Shown here one piece after another: positions 24,378 through 34,310 of a DNA stretch of 52,105 nt. Both the position numbers and the translations under genes were made by a program. The DNA comes from an uncultured Lachnospiraceae bacterium (GTDB lineage: Bacteria > Bacillota > Clostridia > Lachnospirales > Lachnospiraceae), in the NCBI GenBank assembly GCA_902795705.1, contig CADBMH010000317.1, forward strand, positions 1 to 52,105. Reading direction: 5' to 3'. The notes under the pieces were generated by a model, which saw only the letters and a program-made list of their open reading frames with translations, ran no database searches and was not told where the DNA came from. Each line of letters starts with the position of its first letter. Within the stretch, counting starts at the first letter, position 1.

Positions 24378-25127
24378 CTAATACTCAAAATGCTGGTAGT
24401 CTTTCAACGTTTTCCAGTCTCCGCCCCATGAAAATCCATATTTTTTAAAAATTTTATATGCCTTATCATTTTTATGAATCATATACTTTTTATACTTTCC
24501 TTTACATTTTTTTACATTTCTTTCTTTATATGCCTTACCGTTTTTCGGTGAAACCAGATTTCCCTTCACCCATGGATTGATACGGGGATTTATATCAATC
24601 GCCAGCCCTTTCCCATGCTCCGAAAGCTTCTTTGTCCCTGCGATCACACGGTAGTTAAAACAGGAGGTATTGTTATCCTCCATGGATTTCACATCATCCG
24701 CCCCATACTCGTCCACCGTTTTTATCTTCTGGATCGGATATTTGATCTGATACAGCTCATAAAAGACCTTTGCCGTCTTTTTCGCAATCTTTTTATTCGT
24801 GATCAGAATGCCGCTTTTTACCTTTCCCTTGAAATTATAATACCGAACCGTGACCATACGAAGCTCCGAAAGTGAAATAACAGCACCGGACTCCGGATAG
24901 GAAACCCCTGTCATCTTTTCCTTCATCTCATCCGTAATCTTCTGGTAATAAAATCCGTCCGCCACGATATGCCTGCTCTCGGCTTTTACATGTAAAAAAG
25001 CGCCGGACATTCCATGGTTATAACCACATTTCAATCCTAAGAGAAGCAGAAAAGCAGAAAGAACAGTGATTCCCAGTCCCACAGCCTGTTTCCTGCATAA
25101 TTTTTTATCCCGATAAAAGAAAGTCAT
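24378..25127 (-). CDS. M15-family Zn metallopeptidase (cell-wall peptidase), N-terminally anchored
   Basis: NNTSCFNYR, SEHGKGLAIDINP, WGGDW..DYQHFE. Confidence 0.88.
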   Translation of the reverse strand: MTFFYRDKKLCRKQAVGLGITVLSAFLLLLGLKCGYNHGMSGAFLHVKAESRHIVADGFYYQKITDEMKEKMTGVSYPESGAVISLSELRMVTVRYYNFKGKVKSGILITNKKIAKKTAKVFYELYQIKYPIQKIKTVDEYGADDVKSMEDNNTSCFNYRVIAGTKKLSEHGKGLAIDINPRINPWVKGNLVSPKNGKAYKERNVKKCKGKYKKYMIHKNDKAYKIFKKYGFSWGGDWKTLKDYQHFEY

Positions 25128-25174
25128 GGTTTCCTCCTTTTTCTGCTGTATTCTAATGGAACACTACTCTTCTA

Positions 25175-25203
25175 AGTATACCCGTAACAGGGACTTTTTG
25201 CAA
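25175..25203 (-). promoter_or_regulatory. Sigma-A promoter for the M15 peptidase / kinase / natAB genes
   Basis: TTGCAA-N17-TATACT. Confidence 0.65.
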
Positions 25204-25246
25204 ATAAAACCGCCATCGTGGATTTTCCTCCACAATGGCGTTTTTT
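25202..25246 (-). terminator. Intrinsic terminator after the M56 gene
   Basis: CGCCATTGTGGA-GGAAAA-TCCACGATGGCG followed by GTTTTATTT. Confidence 0.75.
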
Positions 25247-25265
25247 CAATCCTTTTCTTTTTCCC

Positions 25266-28200
25266 TTAAAATCTCTCTGACTCCCTTTCGGTCTTCCATC
25301 CGCAAACACCTCTTAGCCCGCTATCTGTTGAGCCGATGCCAAGATCTAATCCGCCGTCTGCTGTCACGACCACATCACAGGAATCCATCGCCGGATAGAT
25401 GACTCCAAAGGTTCCGTCCGCGGTCGTTACATACATCGGTGTCCAGAACGGGCAGGCAGAGCCACCCTTGATCACGGTCGAAGCACTGATTAACTTTTCT
25501 GCCTTCCCTAACTTCTTCTTGGAAGTCTCGGTATGCATCTTCCCGCCGACAAACATCTCGACCTTTACGATATCCTTTAAATCCTTCTTCCCTAAGAGCT
25601 TTGCCTCCGCGTATTTTTTCCCTAAAAACAGGCTCTCCGGCAGATACGGCTCTGCCTCTTCTCCGGTCAGTCCCAGACCGCCGATCGACAGATCATCACT
25701 GACAAAGCAAAGCTGCTTTCGCCTGCCATCCTCCATATAGTACGCAACATTGTAGTTTAACTCTACAGGATCGGAATCCTCGATTGTTTCGTAGTCCATA
25801 AAGGTAGAATTTAAATAAATCTCATCCATCACGGCTTTCTCATATTTCACCCTTTTCATCTGAGCTTTCTCCACATCATAGACATACTGGTCCTTGGAGC
25901 TCATCGAATGAAGATAAACCGTGTTTCCGTCCTTGGATACCGATATTTCCGCAAAATTGTCTCCCTGCGTCGCGTCACAGCCGATGGAATGAAGATCCAC
26001 CTCGCTTATGAATTCCTTTTCCTTCCTGTCATAGACAAATAATCCGAAGCACCCCGAAAAGATCAGCTTTTCCGAATCAACATATTTGATTTCCACAGGA
26101 TCTACCCCGGTGCTGTCAGAAAGCTTATACTCCGCTTTCTTCACCAGAACCTCCTCACCCTTCTCCCTGACTTCTTTCAGAAATGCCTGCTCCTTTTCCT
26201 GCTCCTTCCTTTCCTCCTCTAACCTCCCGTCATAATAAACGATCATTCCAAGGCGGGTATTATACAGATAATTTGAGCCATTCGTATCTAAGAAAAGCAG
26301 CTCCTCTTCATCCGGCTCCGGCATCTGTCTTGTGATATGTTCCTTATCGCACGAAAAGATCAGATTCCCATTCCTGTCGTCAGAACCGAGAAAACCATAG
26401 AGTACCAGTGCTGCATCGGTATCCACCCTTGTGTCATATGTGGAATCCACACCGAAGAAATCCTTCGTAAAGCCGGTAAGGAGTTCAGATACTTTATCCC
26501 CCACATTTTCTGCCTGCGGAAGCCTGTCGGTAAATTTATTCTCTCTTTCCCTGAAATCACAGGAATACATATATAAGCCACGGGAATCGTATTGTATCTC
26601 AATCTCAAGTGTCCCATCCTGCCCACTCGCATTCGTTAAGGTATAGGTGCTGTATGTTTCCTCATTCACGACAGACCGGCTGATATGCCAGAATCCGTTC
26701 TTTTTTAACTCCTCTACGATTTCCGGTCTTGTGTTTTTTTCAATCGCACGCATCAGCGAATACTCCGGCTCCGTCTTTTTCTTCTCCGTCTCCGGAAGCG
26801 GGATACTGCGATATACCGATGCCTTTAAGGATTCTCCGTCATTTGTGCTTAAATAAGTCACAGAGCCTTTGCCGCCTTCAAAAAGCTTCGAATACTCTCC
26901 AGGAATTGCCGTGATCGTATAGTCATCCTTAATCTTAGCTTCCTCTTCCTCCATCTCACTGACAACATGGTATGCGATCACTGTTCCGTCATCGTCAATG
27001 CCATAGAGCCTGTAGTTCATGAAATTCCCAAGCTCCGGCGGGTCGCTCTGTCCCTGCCCCAGAGAAAAATCATTCTTTTTCCCGTCTCCGTCATAATCCT
27101 CCGTCCAGAGTGTAAACCCCTTTGCCGGAAATACCATTTCCCCGTCCTTTTGTATCTTTACAGGAATACGATCAATCTCCTTTCCGTCCTTTCCGGTGCG
27201 GAGTACAAAATCCCCTCTGTAGAAGCCGTCCTCCGGCTCCTCTTTCATCGTATCCTTTGCAACATAGAGAAGCTCCGTCTGATAGCCGTTTATCTCCTGC
27301 TTCACCAGGGAGCGTTCATTCTCCTGCAATGTCAGTGTCTTCCCCTCTTCCTTTTGCTTATCCTTTTTCGCATTTGTCAGGCAGGACACGCCCAAAAGGA
27401 GCACGAAGCAGACTGCCAAAGCACCGATCCATTTTCCATATTTTTTTAACTGCATGATATTTTTCACCCTCTTTCTGGTATCGGACTCCCCGAAAGCAAT
27501 CAGTCCCATACCGATATCCCTCTGATTCATCGCAAACCCAAGGAGCGACTCACAGTATGCCGCCCGTATTTCCGTACTGCTTTTTTTCAGCACATATTCA
27601 TCACAGCTCATTTCCATATCCCGTATCATAAGAAAATAGGACACCCACACCAATGGGTGGAACCAGTAAACACAGGTCAGAAAAAATGCTGCCAGCTTGA
27701 TCAGATAATCCTTTCTGTAAAGATGATACCTCTCATGGCGGATAATATACTCCTGCTCCTCTTCCTTTAAACGGAACGGCAGATAGATCCTCGTCTTAAA
27801 AATCCCCATCACAAACGGTGTCGGAATCTCTTCACATTCATAGATATTCTCCTTTAAAAGTACCGCCCGCTCTACTCTTTTCCGCATTCTGATATAGCAG
27901 AACAGATGATAAAGCAGGATCAGAGCGATTCCCACAGCCCATATGAAAGCAAACCGTCTGATATTCTCTTTGATGACCAAGGCTCCCGCACTTCCCGCTT
28001 TGTCTGCCACGGTCTTTCCCTTGCCGGATACAGAAGCATTATCAGTGGAAGTATTCTGTGAATCCCCCTTTGTATCTGTCTTTCCCGCAGTCACCGACTG
28101 CGCTTTTCCTGTATCCCCTTTGATGGTTTCCGTACCTGTCTTGCTCTGTCCGGCAGATAAATCTAATGCAGATTTGTCTGCTGCAGACTTCTCATCTGCA

Positions 28201-28511
28201 GACTTCCCTGCCACCGCACCCAAAGCAGCTCCTGCAGCGCCTTTCTCCCCCTCTTTTCCGTTCAGTCCCTCCGTCCCCGTCTCCTGTACCTGAAAAACAG
28301 AAAGCTCCTGCATACCGATCAGGTTAAAGACACTTAAGGATGAGGGCAGACCGACCGGACACAAAAGCCTGACTGCCACAAGCACCCACAGAAGATACGA
28401 ATACTTCTTCGGCAGCTTCCGCATCAAAAGCCTTGCCAAAAGAACCACAATAATCACCACGGAAACCATCATGCTCATATTGACAATCTGTGCAAAAATC
28501 TGATAGAACAC
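25266..28511 (-). CDS. BlaR1/MecR1-like M56 metallopeptidase with a large uncharacterised extracellular region
   Basis: N-terminal TMs, TPFVMGIFK, HERYH (HExxH), WFHPLVW..DMEMSCDE, AFGES; directly downstream of a BlaI-family gene; GTG start. Confidence 0.9.
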   Translation of the reverse strand: MFYQIFAQIVNMSMMVSVVIIVVLLARLLMRKLPKKYSYLLWVLVAVRLLCPVGLPSSLSVFNLIGMQELSVFQVQETGTEGLNGKEGEKGAAGAALGAVAGKSADEKSAADKSALDLSAGQSKTGTETIKGDTGKAQSVTAGKTDTKGDSQNTSTDNASVSGKGKTVADKAGSAGALVIKENIRRFAFIWAVGIALILLYHLFCYIRMRKRVERAVLLKENIYECEEIPTPFVMGIFKTRIYLPFRLKEEEQEYIIRHERYHLYRKDYLIKLAAFFLTCVYWFHPLVWVSYFLMIRDMEMSCDEYVLKKSSTEIRAAYCESLLGFAMNQRDIGMGLIAFGESDTRKRVKNIMQLKKYGKWIGALAVCFVLLLGVSCLTNAKKDKQKEEGKTLTLQENERSLVKQEINGYQTELLYVAKDTMKEEPEDGFYRGDFVLRTGKDGKEIDRIPVKIQKDGEMVFPAKGFTLWTEDYDGDGKKNDFSLGQGQSDPPELGNFMNYRLYGIDDDGTVIAYHVVSEMEEEEAKIKDDYTITAIPGEYSKLFEGGKGSVTYLSTNDGESLKASVYRSIPLPETEKKKTEPEYSLMRAIEKNTRPEIVEELKKNGFWHISRSVVNEETYSTYTLTNASGQDGTLEIEIQYDSRGLYMYSCDFRERENKFTDRLPQAENVGDKVSELLTGFTKDFFGVDSTYDTRVDTDAALVLYGFLGSDDRNGNLIFSCDKEHITRQMPEPDEEELLFLDTNGSNYLYNTRLGMIVYYDGRLEEERKEQEKEQAFLKEVREKGEEVLVKKAEYKLSDSTGVDPVEIKYVDSEKLIFSGCFGLFVYDRKEKEFISEVDLHSIGCDATQGDNFAEISVSKDGNTVYLHSMSSKDQYVYDVEKAQMKRVKYEKAVMDEIYLNSTFMDYETIEDSDPVELNYNVAYYMEDGRRKQLCFVSDDLSIGGLGLTGEEAEPYLPESLFLGKKYAEAKLLGKKDLKDIVKVEMFVGGKMHTETSKKKLGKAEKLISASTVIKGGSACPFWTPMYVTTADGTFGVIYPAMDSCDVVVTADGGLDLGIGSTDSGLRGVCGWKTERESERF

Positions 28512-28513
28512 CC

Positions 28514-28879
28514 CTACTCCCCCTCTCTGTATGAATCAATGATCTCCTTAATTTTCTCCGCTTCTTCGCCGGAAATTTTTTTCCCGCCTAAAAACGCCGC
28601 TAAAAAGCCCGGAAGAGAGCCTCCGAAGGTCCGCTCCACAAAATAATTCGACTCATCTCTTAACACACGCTCCTTCGGAATCCGTACTGTCACCACGGCA
28701 TTCTCATTTTGAATATAACCCTTTTCCGACAGCTTTTTGATCGTCGTATAGGTGGTTGACTTCTTCCAGCCAAGCATCTCACTGCACAGCTTCACAAGCT
28801 CCCCCGAGCCGACCGGCGCATGCTCCCAGACCACCGACATAAAACGATAATCACTGTCGCATAATTTTAAATACTCCAT
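28514..28879 (-). CDS. BlaI/MecI/CopY-family transcriptional repressor
   Basis: MSVVWE..WKKSTTYTTIKKLSEKGYI..FGGSL. Confidence 0.92.
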   Translation of the reverse strand: MEYLKLCDSDYRFMSVVWEHAPVGSGELVKLCSEMLGWKKSTTYTTIKKLSEKGYIQNENAVVTVRIPKERVLRDESNYFVERTFGGSLPGFLAAFLGGKKISGEEAEKIKEIIDSYREGE

Positions 28880-28909
28880 AAGCCCCTCCTTTTTGAATTT
28901 CTTTTGCAG

Positions 28910-28967
28910 GTCTATAAATACCGACCTATTTAAAAAGAAGTCTATAACAATAGACCTCTTTTGTCAA
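28910..28967 (-). promoter_or_regulatory. Promoter with two BlaI-type operator boxes
   Basis: TTGACA (28967-28962)-N17-TAGACT; palindrome GTCTAT-AACA-ATAGAC (28940-28955) overlaps the -10; degenerate copy GTCTAT-AAAT-ACCGAC at 28910-28925. Confidence 0.75.
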
Positions 28968-28986
28968 GCAGTATTATTTATTTTTT

Positions 28987-29661
28987 CTAATCCCTCGACT
29001 CCACCACAATTAAAATCCCCTCTTTTGCCTTTGCAATCATCGTTTCCGTTCCCTTTGCCGGCTCATTGCTCACCCCGATGCTGCTTCCCTTCTTAAGAAG
29101 AAAATCCTCCACCTCATAGGCAAAGCCCTTCAGCGTAAGTCCCCGCACCTCATCCGTAAACGGCAGAAAGGAAATATAGCTTCCAAACAGCTCATCCCTT
29201 CGGAACTCCCTTTTTTCTTTCAGAAGGGAGATCCGGTTATGCGAATCCACTAAATACATCGGAATTCCCGTCTGCACAGAAGAAAAAAGCAGATGGACAT
29301 TTGCGATAAAGTGGTCGAGCCGTCTTCCGGTCGCCCCTAAGATCACAATTTCCTCTGCTTCTCCGCGAATCGCCAGATTGATTCCCAGTTCTAAATCCGT
29401 CGCATCCTTTTCCGGCGGAAAAGAAAATACCTTCGTATGCTCATTTTCATACACCTTCGCTGCTTCTCCGGATACACTGTCAAAATCCCCCAGCGCATAG
29501 TCCGGCACGATATGCAGTCGTTCCAATGCGTTTAACCCCGCATCGACACCGATCACTGTCTGAAACTGCTCCGTTTTCAGATACTTCTTTACAAAATCAA
29601 GCACAATCTCCCCGCCTGCCACAAGAAGTGTCCTGCCAAATATTTCCTCTCCCATCTTCAT
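28987..29661 (-). CDS. thiN: Thiamine diphosphokinase
   Basis: VDAG, GDFDS, PEKDATD, GATGRRLDH, GVSNE; position downstream of rpe. Confidence 0.93.
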   Translation of the reverse strand: MKMGEEIFGRTLLVAGGEIVLDFVKKYLKTEQFQTVIGVDAGLNALERLHIVPDYALGDFDSVSGEAAKVYENEHTKVFSFPPEKDATDLELGINLAIRGEAEEIVILGATGRRLDHFIANVHLLFSSVQTGIPMYLVDSHNRISLLKEKREFRRDELFGSYISFLPFTDEVRGLTLKGFAYEVEDFLLKKGSSIGVSNEPAKGTETMIAKAKEGILIVVESRD

Positions 29662-29731
29662 CGTATCCTTTTCTCTTTTAGGCTTTTTTAATGATCTATG
29701 ATGTTTTTATCAAATTACCGATTGTTTCTCC

Positions 29732-30571
29732 CTATTCGTCGTCCTCTTCCTGTTTCTTCTCTTCTTCCATACGCTCTTTCTTTCGTTTTTCATACTCCTC
29801 CCGCTTCTCCTGCTGCTGCAGCTTACTTTCCTTCTGCTTCTTTAAGCGTTCCCTCTGTATCTCATAGATATAGCGGATCAGTCGCTGATCTGCCTTCGTA
29901 AGCTCACAGCCAAACAGAAAGCGATAGTTACTCGTCGGTGAAGAAATCTCCGTTTTTCTGATCACTGCCGCCCGGATCGGCAGCGATCCATAGCTTGACG
30001 GCACCTCCAGGTAAAACTCATCCCCGGTCCTAAATTCCTTATCCGTATAGATTCCGATACCGCTCTCACTGATATCCTTGATCATACAATGCTCAACCTT
30101 CGGTGTCCAAAGCTCCATGAGCATTTCCTTTTTTTCCTCAGACATATGATCCATATCATCAACAGAAACCTCCGGAAGTCCCTCCGGAACATCTGCCAAC
30201 AGCCCCGGCTTTCCCGGAACCCTGTAGTACTGAACATCTACATACTCTAACAGCTTGATGCGATAAGCACCACGCCTGTTAAAGCTTCTGCCCCTGTCCC
30301 GTATCTGCAGATAATGCACAGGCGAACCATCTAACTTTGCAAGACCTGCCTTAACATGATCCCACTCCCACATAACCTCCTCATCACGGTATACCAATCT
30401 GATTCTGTCCTCTTTCTGGAACTGAAAAAATCTACCGCGGGCAGAGATTGCCGTTACACAGACACGGAACTCATTCGTATCCTCCACCTTACTGGTCAAG
30501 CGGTATCTATAATCCTCCCTGTCTACAAAAATCTCTATGCTCTTCCCCAAAGGGATATTTTCCAAAAGCAT
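29732..30571 (-). CDS. YcgR-like PilZ domain c-di-GMP receptor
   Basis: NRRGAYR (RxxxR) and DISESG (DxSxxG); YcgR-like N-terminus; charged C-terminal tail. Confidence 0.82.
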   Translation of the reverse strand: MLLENIPLGKSIEIFVDREDYRYRLTSKVEDTNEFRVCVTAISARGRFFQFQKEDRIRLVYRDEEVMWEWDHVKAGLAKLDGSPVHYLQIRDRGRSFNRRGAYRIKLLEYVDVQYYRVPGKPGLLADVPEGLPEVSVDDMDHMSEEKKEMLMELWTPKVEHCMIKDISESGIGIYTDKEFRTGDEFYLEVPSSYGSLPIRAAVIRKTEISSPTSNYRFLFGCELTKADQRLIRYIYEIQRERLKKQKESKLQQQEKREEYEKRKKERMEEEKKQEEDDE

Positions 30572-30574
30572 CCT

Positions 30575-31228
30575 TTACCTCCTCATCTCTTTTAAATTCT
30601 TCGAAATCTTTCCATCAAACACAGCCGTTCCCGCCACTAAGATATCAACACCTTTTTCAGCGATTCGTCTCAAATTACGTTTATTGACACCACCATCAAT
30701 TTCAATCTGAAAATCAAGCCCCTTCTCTTTCCGTATATCAGCTAATGCCTCTACCTTTTCAAGCACCTCTTCCTTAAACCTCTGACCGCCAAAACCGGGC
30801 CGCACACTCATTGTCAGTATCATATCCACCTCGCTAAGATACGGATATACACTTTCCACCGGTGTCTCCGGATTGATCGCGATTCCGCACTCAACGCCCA
30901 AACTATGTACCCTGTTTATAATTTTCAAGAGATCGTCACAAGCTTCATAATGCACCGTGATTGAATCTGCTCCGGATATCACAAAGTCCTCCACATAGCG
31001 TTCCGGCTTTTCGATCATCAGATGTACATCGAAAAACAATCGGCTCTCCTGCCGGATTGAGGCGATCAGAGGCATTCCAAAGGAAATAGACGGAACAAAT
31101 AATCCATCCATCACATCAATATGTAAAAGCTCTATCCCGTTCTTCTCCAGCTCCTCAATCTGTCGTCCCAGTATATTAAAGTCCGCTGCCAATATTGACG
31201 GTGCAATTTTATAATTTTCGATGCTCAT
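30575..31228 (-). CDS. rpe: Ribulose-phosphate 3-epimerase
   Basis: IAPSILAADF, HIDVMDG, DVHLM, PGFGGQ, IDGG; start 31228 or 31243. Confidence 0.96.
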   Translation of the reverse strand: MSIENYKIAPSILAADFNILGRQIEELEKNGIELLHIDVMDGLFVPSISFGMPLIASIRQESRLFFDVHLMIEKPERYVEDFVISGADSITVHYEACDDLLKIINRVHSLGVECGIAINPETPVESVYPYLSEVDMILTMSVRPGFGGQRFKEEVLEKVEALADIRKEKGLDFQIEIDGGVNKRNLRRIAEKGVDILVAGTAVFDGKISKNLKEMRR

Positions 31229-31279
31229 AATGTGCGTCTCCATTTCATGAAATCCATTTCACCCGAATATTACGCTAAA

Positions 31280-32155
31280 TCAGTATTTTTTTCTATTCCG
31301 GAGTTCCTCAAAAAAAAGTGTATAATTTTTATATCTTTCTTCTGAAATCTCACCTTCCTGCACGGCATTTTTCACCTCACAGTCCGGTTCACTTACATGG
31401 ACACACCCTAAGAAACGACAATCCGTATAAGGCAAAAACTCCGCATAATAATCCCTCAGGTCTTCCTTCTCAAGCTCCGGAAGTTCCAGAGAAGTAAAGC
31501 CCGGCGTATCCATCACATAGGTTTCCTCGCCCAGATAAAAAAGCTCCGAATGTCTTGTTGTATGCTTTCCCCGCTTAATCTTTTCACTGATCTCACCGAC
31601 TTCCATTTTTGCCTTCGGAAACATCTTATTCAAAAGAGAAGATTTTCCGACTCCGGAAGGACCAGCAAGTACGGTAGTCTTGCCCACCAGGAAATCAGCA
31701 AAAGAATGAACTCCCTCACCCGAAACCGTACTCGTCAAAAAAATCCTGCTGTCACAGTTCTCGTATTCCCTGACCAGAGAATCAATCTGTTCCTGTTCCG
31801 GCTCATCAATCTTATTAAAACAAATTGCCGTATCAACTTTCTGCACCTTCATCATCAGCAGAAACCGGTCCAGCAGATTCAGATTCGGCTTCGGATAGGA
31901 AGCGGCGAAAATCACAACCGCCTGATCCACATTCGAAACTGCCGGACGAACCAGTTGATTCTTCCTGTCACAGATTTCCGTGATATTCCCTATCTTCTTT
32001 TCCTCATCCACCATCTCTACGACAACATTGTCTCCCACCAGAGGCTTGATCTTCAGCTTACGAAACAATCCCTTTGCCTTGCATTCCACAAGTCCCGCCT
32101 GATGACACTCTACATAATAGAAGCCGCCGACACCACGAACGATCTTTCCCTGCAT
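31280..32155 (-). CDS. rsgA: Ribosome small subunit-dependent GTPase A
   Basis: NKID, GPSGVGKSS, GKHTT, DTPGF, CRF..C.H..EPDC; start ATG 32155 in TAATG overlap with pknB. Confidence 0.96.
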   Translation of the reverse strand: MQGKIVRGVGGFYYVECHQAGLVECKAKGLFRKLKIKPLVGDNVVVEMVDEEKKIGNITEICDRKNQLVRPAVSNVDQAVVIFAASYPKPNLNLLDRFLLMMKVQKVDTAICFNKIDEPEQEQIDSLVREYENCDSRIFLTSTVSGEGVHSFADFLVGKTTVLAGPSGVGKSSLLNKMFPKAKMEVGEISEKIKRGKHTTRHSELFYLGEETYVMDTPGFTSLELPELEKEDLRDYYAEFLPYTDCRFLGCVHVSEPDCEVKNAVQEGEISEERYKNYTLFFEELRNRKKY

Positions 32156-34263
32156 TATTTGGCAACCTTCCTGAATTCCACATTCCACGAATCTGCAATC
32201 TCTTTATCGTCTCTGCACATTTTGACTGTTCCGTTGTTATCACTCCAGCCATAGATTGTAAATTTATAAGGAAAATCACTATAACTCATCTTCTTGCTGA
32301 ATACCGCCTTTGATTTGCCATCCTGCGTCAGAATCAACTTGATCATGCCTTCCTCTCCTTCGTATTCAAACGGATTGGCATTGATCGTGATTGTAGCTTC
32401 GTAAATGTACTTATCCTCCGGAGCTTCCGTCGGAGCTTCCGTCGCCTCCTCCTTCGGTCCTAAGCTCACCGTATAATCAATCCTCGTCCCCTGCTCTACC
32501 CTGGTACCTGCCTTTTTCGACTGCTTGATGATGCGTCCCTTCACATAGGTATCTGAATAGGCATATGTCACCTTGCCGCCTTCCAAGTTCACCTCATTCA
32601 GCTTCTCTAAAGCCACCGCTTCCGATCTTCCGACAATGTTAGGGACCGGTACCGTTTCATTCTTCGGACCCTTGCTGATCACAATGGTTACAGAGCTACC
32701 CTTCTTCACACTGGAACCGATCACCGGATTTGTTCCGCAGACCTCACCTTCGTCTACCGAATCACTGTATTGACTCGTCGTACCGGACACCAGAAGACCT
32801 AATTCCTCTAACATCCTCTGTGCTTCTTCCGGTGATTTCTTCGTCACATCAGGAATCACAACATCATCCTTATCTACGCTGTAATAAATCGTTACAACCG
32901 TGTATTCCTCTACTTCTTTTCCCGCAGGAGGATCCTGGTCGATGACTTCATTAACCGGCTTATCCGACTCTTTCCCCTCTAAAACCGACTTTAAATTTTT
33001 TTCCTCCAGCATCTTCTGAGCTTCTTCAATATCGTGTCCGACCAGATTCGGAACCTCAACTAAAGCATTCGCATCTGCAGAAGCCTCCGGCTCTTTAGAA
33101 GCCGAAGTTGTAACTTCACTTGAATCTGCCTTTTTCCCATGTTCGAATACTCCCATCACCTTTGCAATCAAAAGAATCAAAACCACAACGATGATCACAG
33201 CAACGATTCCGCTGCATATCTTTAAAATCCGCTCCAGCTTCGGATCCATTTTCGTATCATCAAACTCCACCGGAGCAACCGGTTTTTCTTCCTCTTTTTT
33301 CTGCTCTTTCACAGGCGCAGGACGTTCCTGCGCTCTTACCTGCGGACGATTTTGCGGATCTTTTATTGTTTTAATCATATCATCAGACAACTTGATTGTC
33401 GGAGAATCCGTCACCGGTTCTTCAATTACGACATAATTTCCATCCGGTTCGGATACGGCACGTCTCAGATCTAAGATCAGTGCCTCTGCATTTTCATACC
33501 GGAAATCCGGCTTTTTCTGCATACATTTTTGTACAATCCGGGAAAGACTCATCGGAATCGACGAATCTAATTCGCTTAACGGCACCGGTGCCTCATGCAC
33601 ATGTGCAAATGCTACAGAAACCGTACTCTCCCCCTCAAAAGGAACCTTTCCTGAAAGCATTTCATAGATTGTCACACCTAATGAATAAATGTCACTCTTT
33701 GCATCGCTATAGCCGCCTCTTGCCTGCTCCGGACTGATATAATGTACCGATCCCATTGCATTTGAGGTAATCGTATTGGACGTGGCAGCTTTGGCAATAC
33801 CAAAATCTGTCACCTTTACTTTTCCCTCTTTCGAAATGATTATATTCTGAGGCTTAATATCCCTATGTATAATATGATTTTTATGTGCCTCATCAATTCC
33901 CTGCGCAATCTGGATTCCGATTCCGATCACTTCATTGATTTCTAACTTTCCCTTGCTCTCAATAAACTTTTTAAGCGTAATCCCCTCTACCAATTCCATG
34001 ACAATATAATAGAGACCGGCATCCTCACCGACATCATATACATTTACAATATTCGGATGTGATAACCCGGCTACAGACTGAGCCTCCGCGCGAAACTTCG
34101 CAACAAATTTCGCATCACTGCTATATTCCTGCTTTAAGATTTTAATGGCAATATGACGATTCAACCGCAGATCTTTTGCACTATAAACATCTGCCATACC
34201 GCCGCTGCCCACTTTGTCCATAATCTCGTATCTTTCACTAATCAACATTCCCGGACTGACCAT
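32155..34263 (-). CDS. pknB: Stk1/PrkC/PknB PASTA-domain Ser/Thr kinase
   Basis: GSGGMA, AIK, HRDIKPQN, DFG, GSVHYISPEQARG; TM; three PASTA repeats; canonical stp-pknB-rsgA-rpe context. Confidence 0.95.
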   Translation of the reverse strand: MVSPGMLISERYEIMDKVGSGGMADVYSAKDLRLNRHIAIKILKQEYSSDAKFVAKFRAEAQSVAGLSHPNIVNVYDVGEDAGLYYIVMELVEGITLKKFIESKGKLEINEVIGIGIQIAQGIDEAHKNHIIHRDIKPQNIIISKEGKVKVTDFGIAKAATSNTITSNAMGSVHYISPEQARGGYSDAKSDIYSLGVTIYEMLSGKVPFEGESTVSVAFAHVHEAPVPLSELDSSIPMSLSRIVQKCMQKKPDFRYENAEALILDLRRAVSEPDGNYVVIEEPVTDSPTIKLSDDMIKTIKDPQNRPQVRAQERPAPVKEQKKEEEKPVAPVEFDDTKMDPKLERILKICSGIVAVIIVVVLILLIAKVMGVFEHGKKADSSEVTTSASKEPEASADANALVEVPNLVGHDIEEAQKMLEEKNLKSVLEGKESDKPVNEVIDQDPPAGKEVEEYTVVTIYYSVDKDDVVIPDVTKKSPEEAQRMLEELGLLVSGTTSQYSDSVDEGEVCGTNPVIGSSVKKGSSVTIVISKGPKNETVPVPNIVGRSEAVALEKLNEVNLEGGKVTYAYSDTYVKGRIIKQSKKAGTRVEQGTRIDYTVSLGPKEEATEAPTEAPEDKYIYEATITINANPFEYEGEEGMIKLILTQDGKSKAVFSKKMSYSDFPYKFTIYGWSDNNGTVKMCRDDKEIADSWNVEFRKVAK

Positions 34264-34310
34264 CTGTTATTCTCCTTTCCCTCTCATCCTTTTTTCTAAA
34301 TAAGTTCGCT

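Noticed and set aside
24378-28879. Beta-lactam or vancomycin resistance cassette
   Set aside because: No beta-lactamase, PBP2a or van ligase genes; M56/BlaI pairs and M15 peptidases are common without resistance roles
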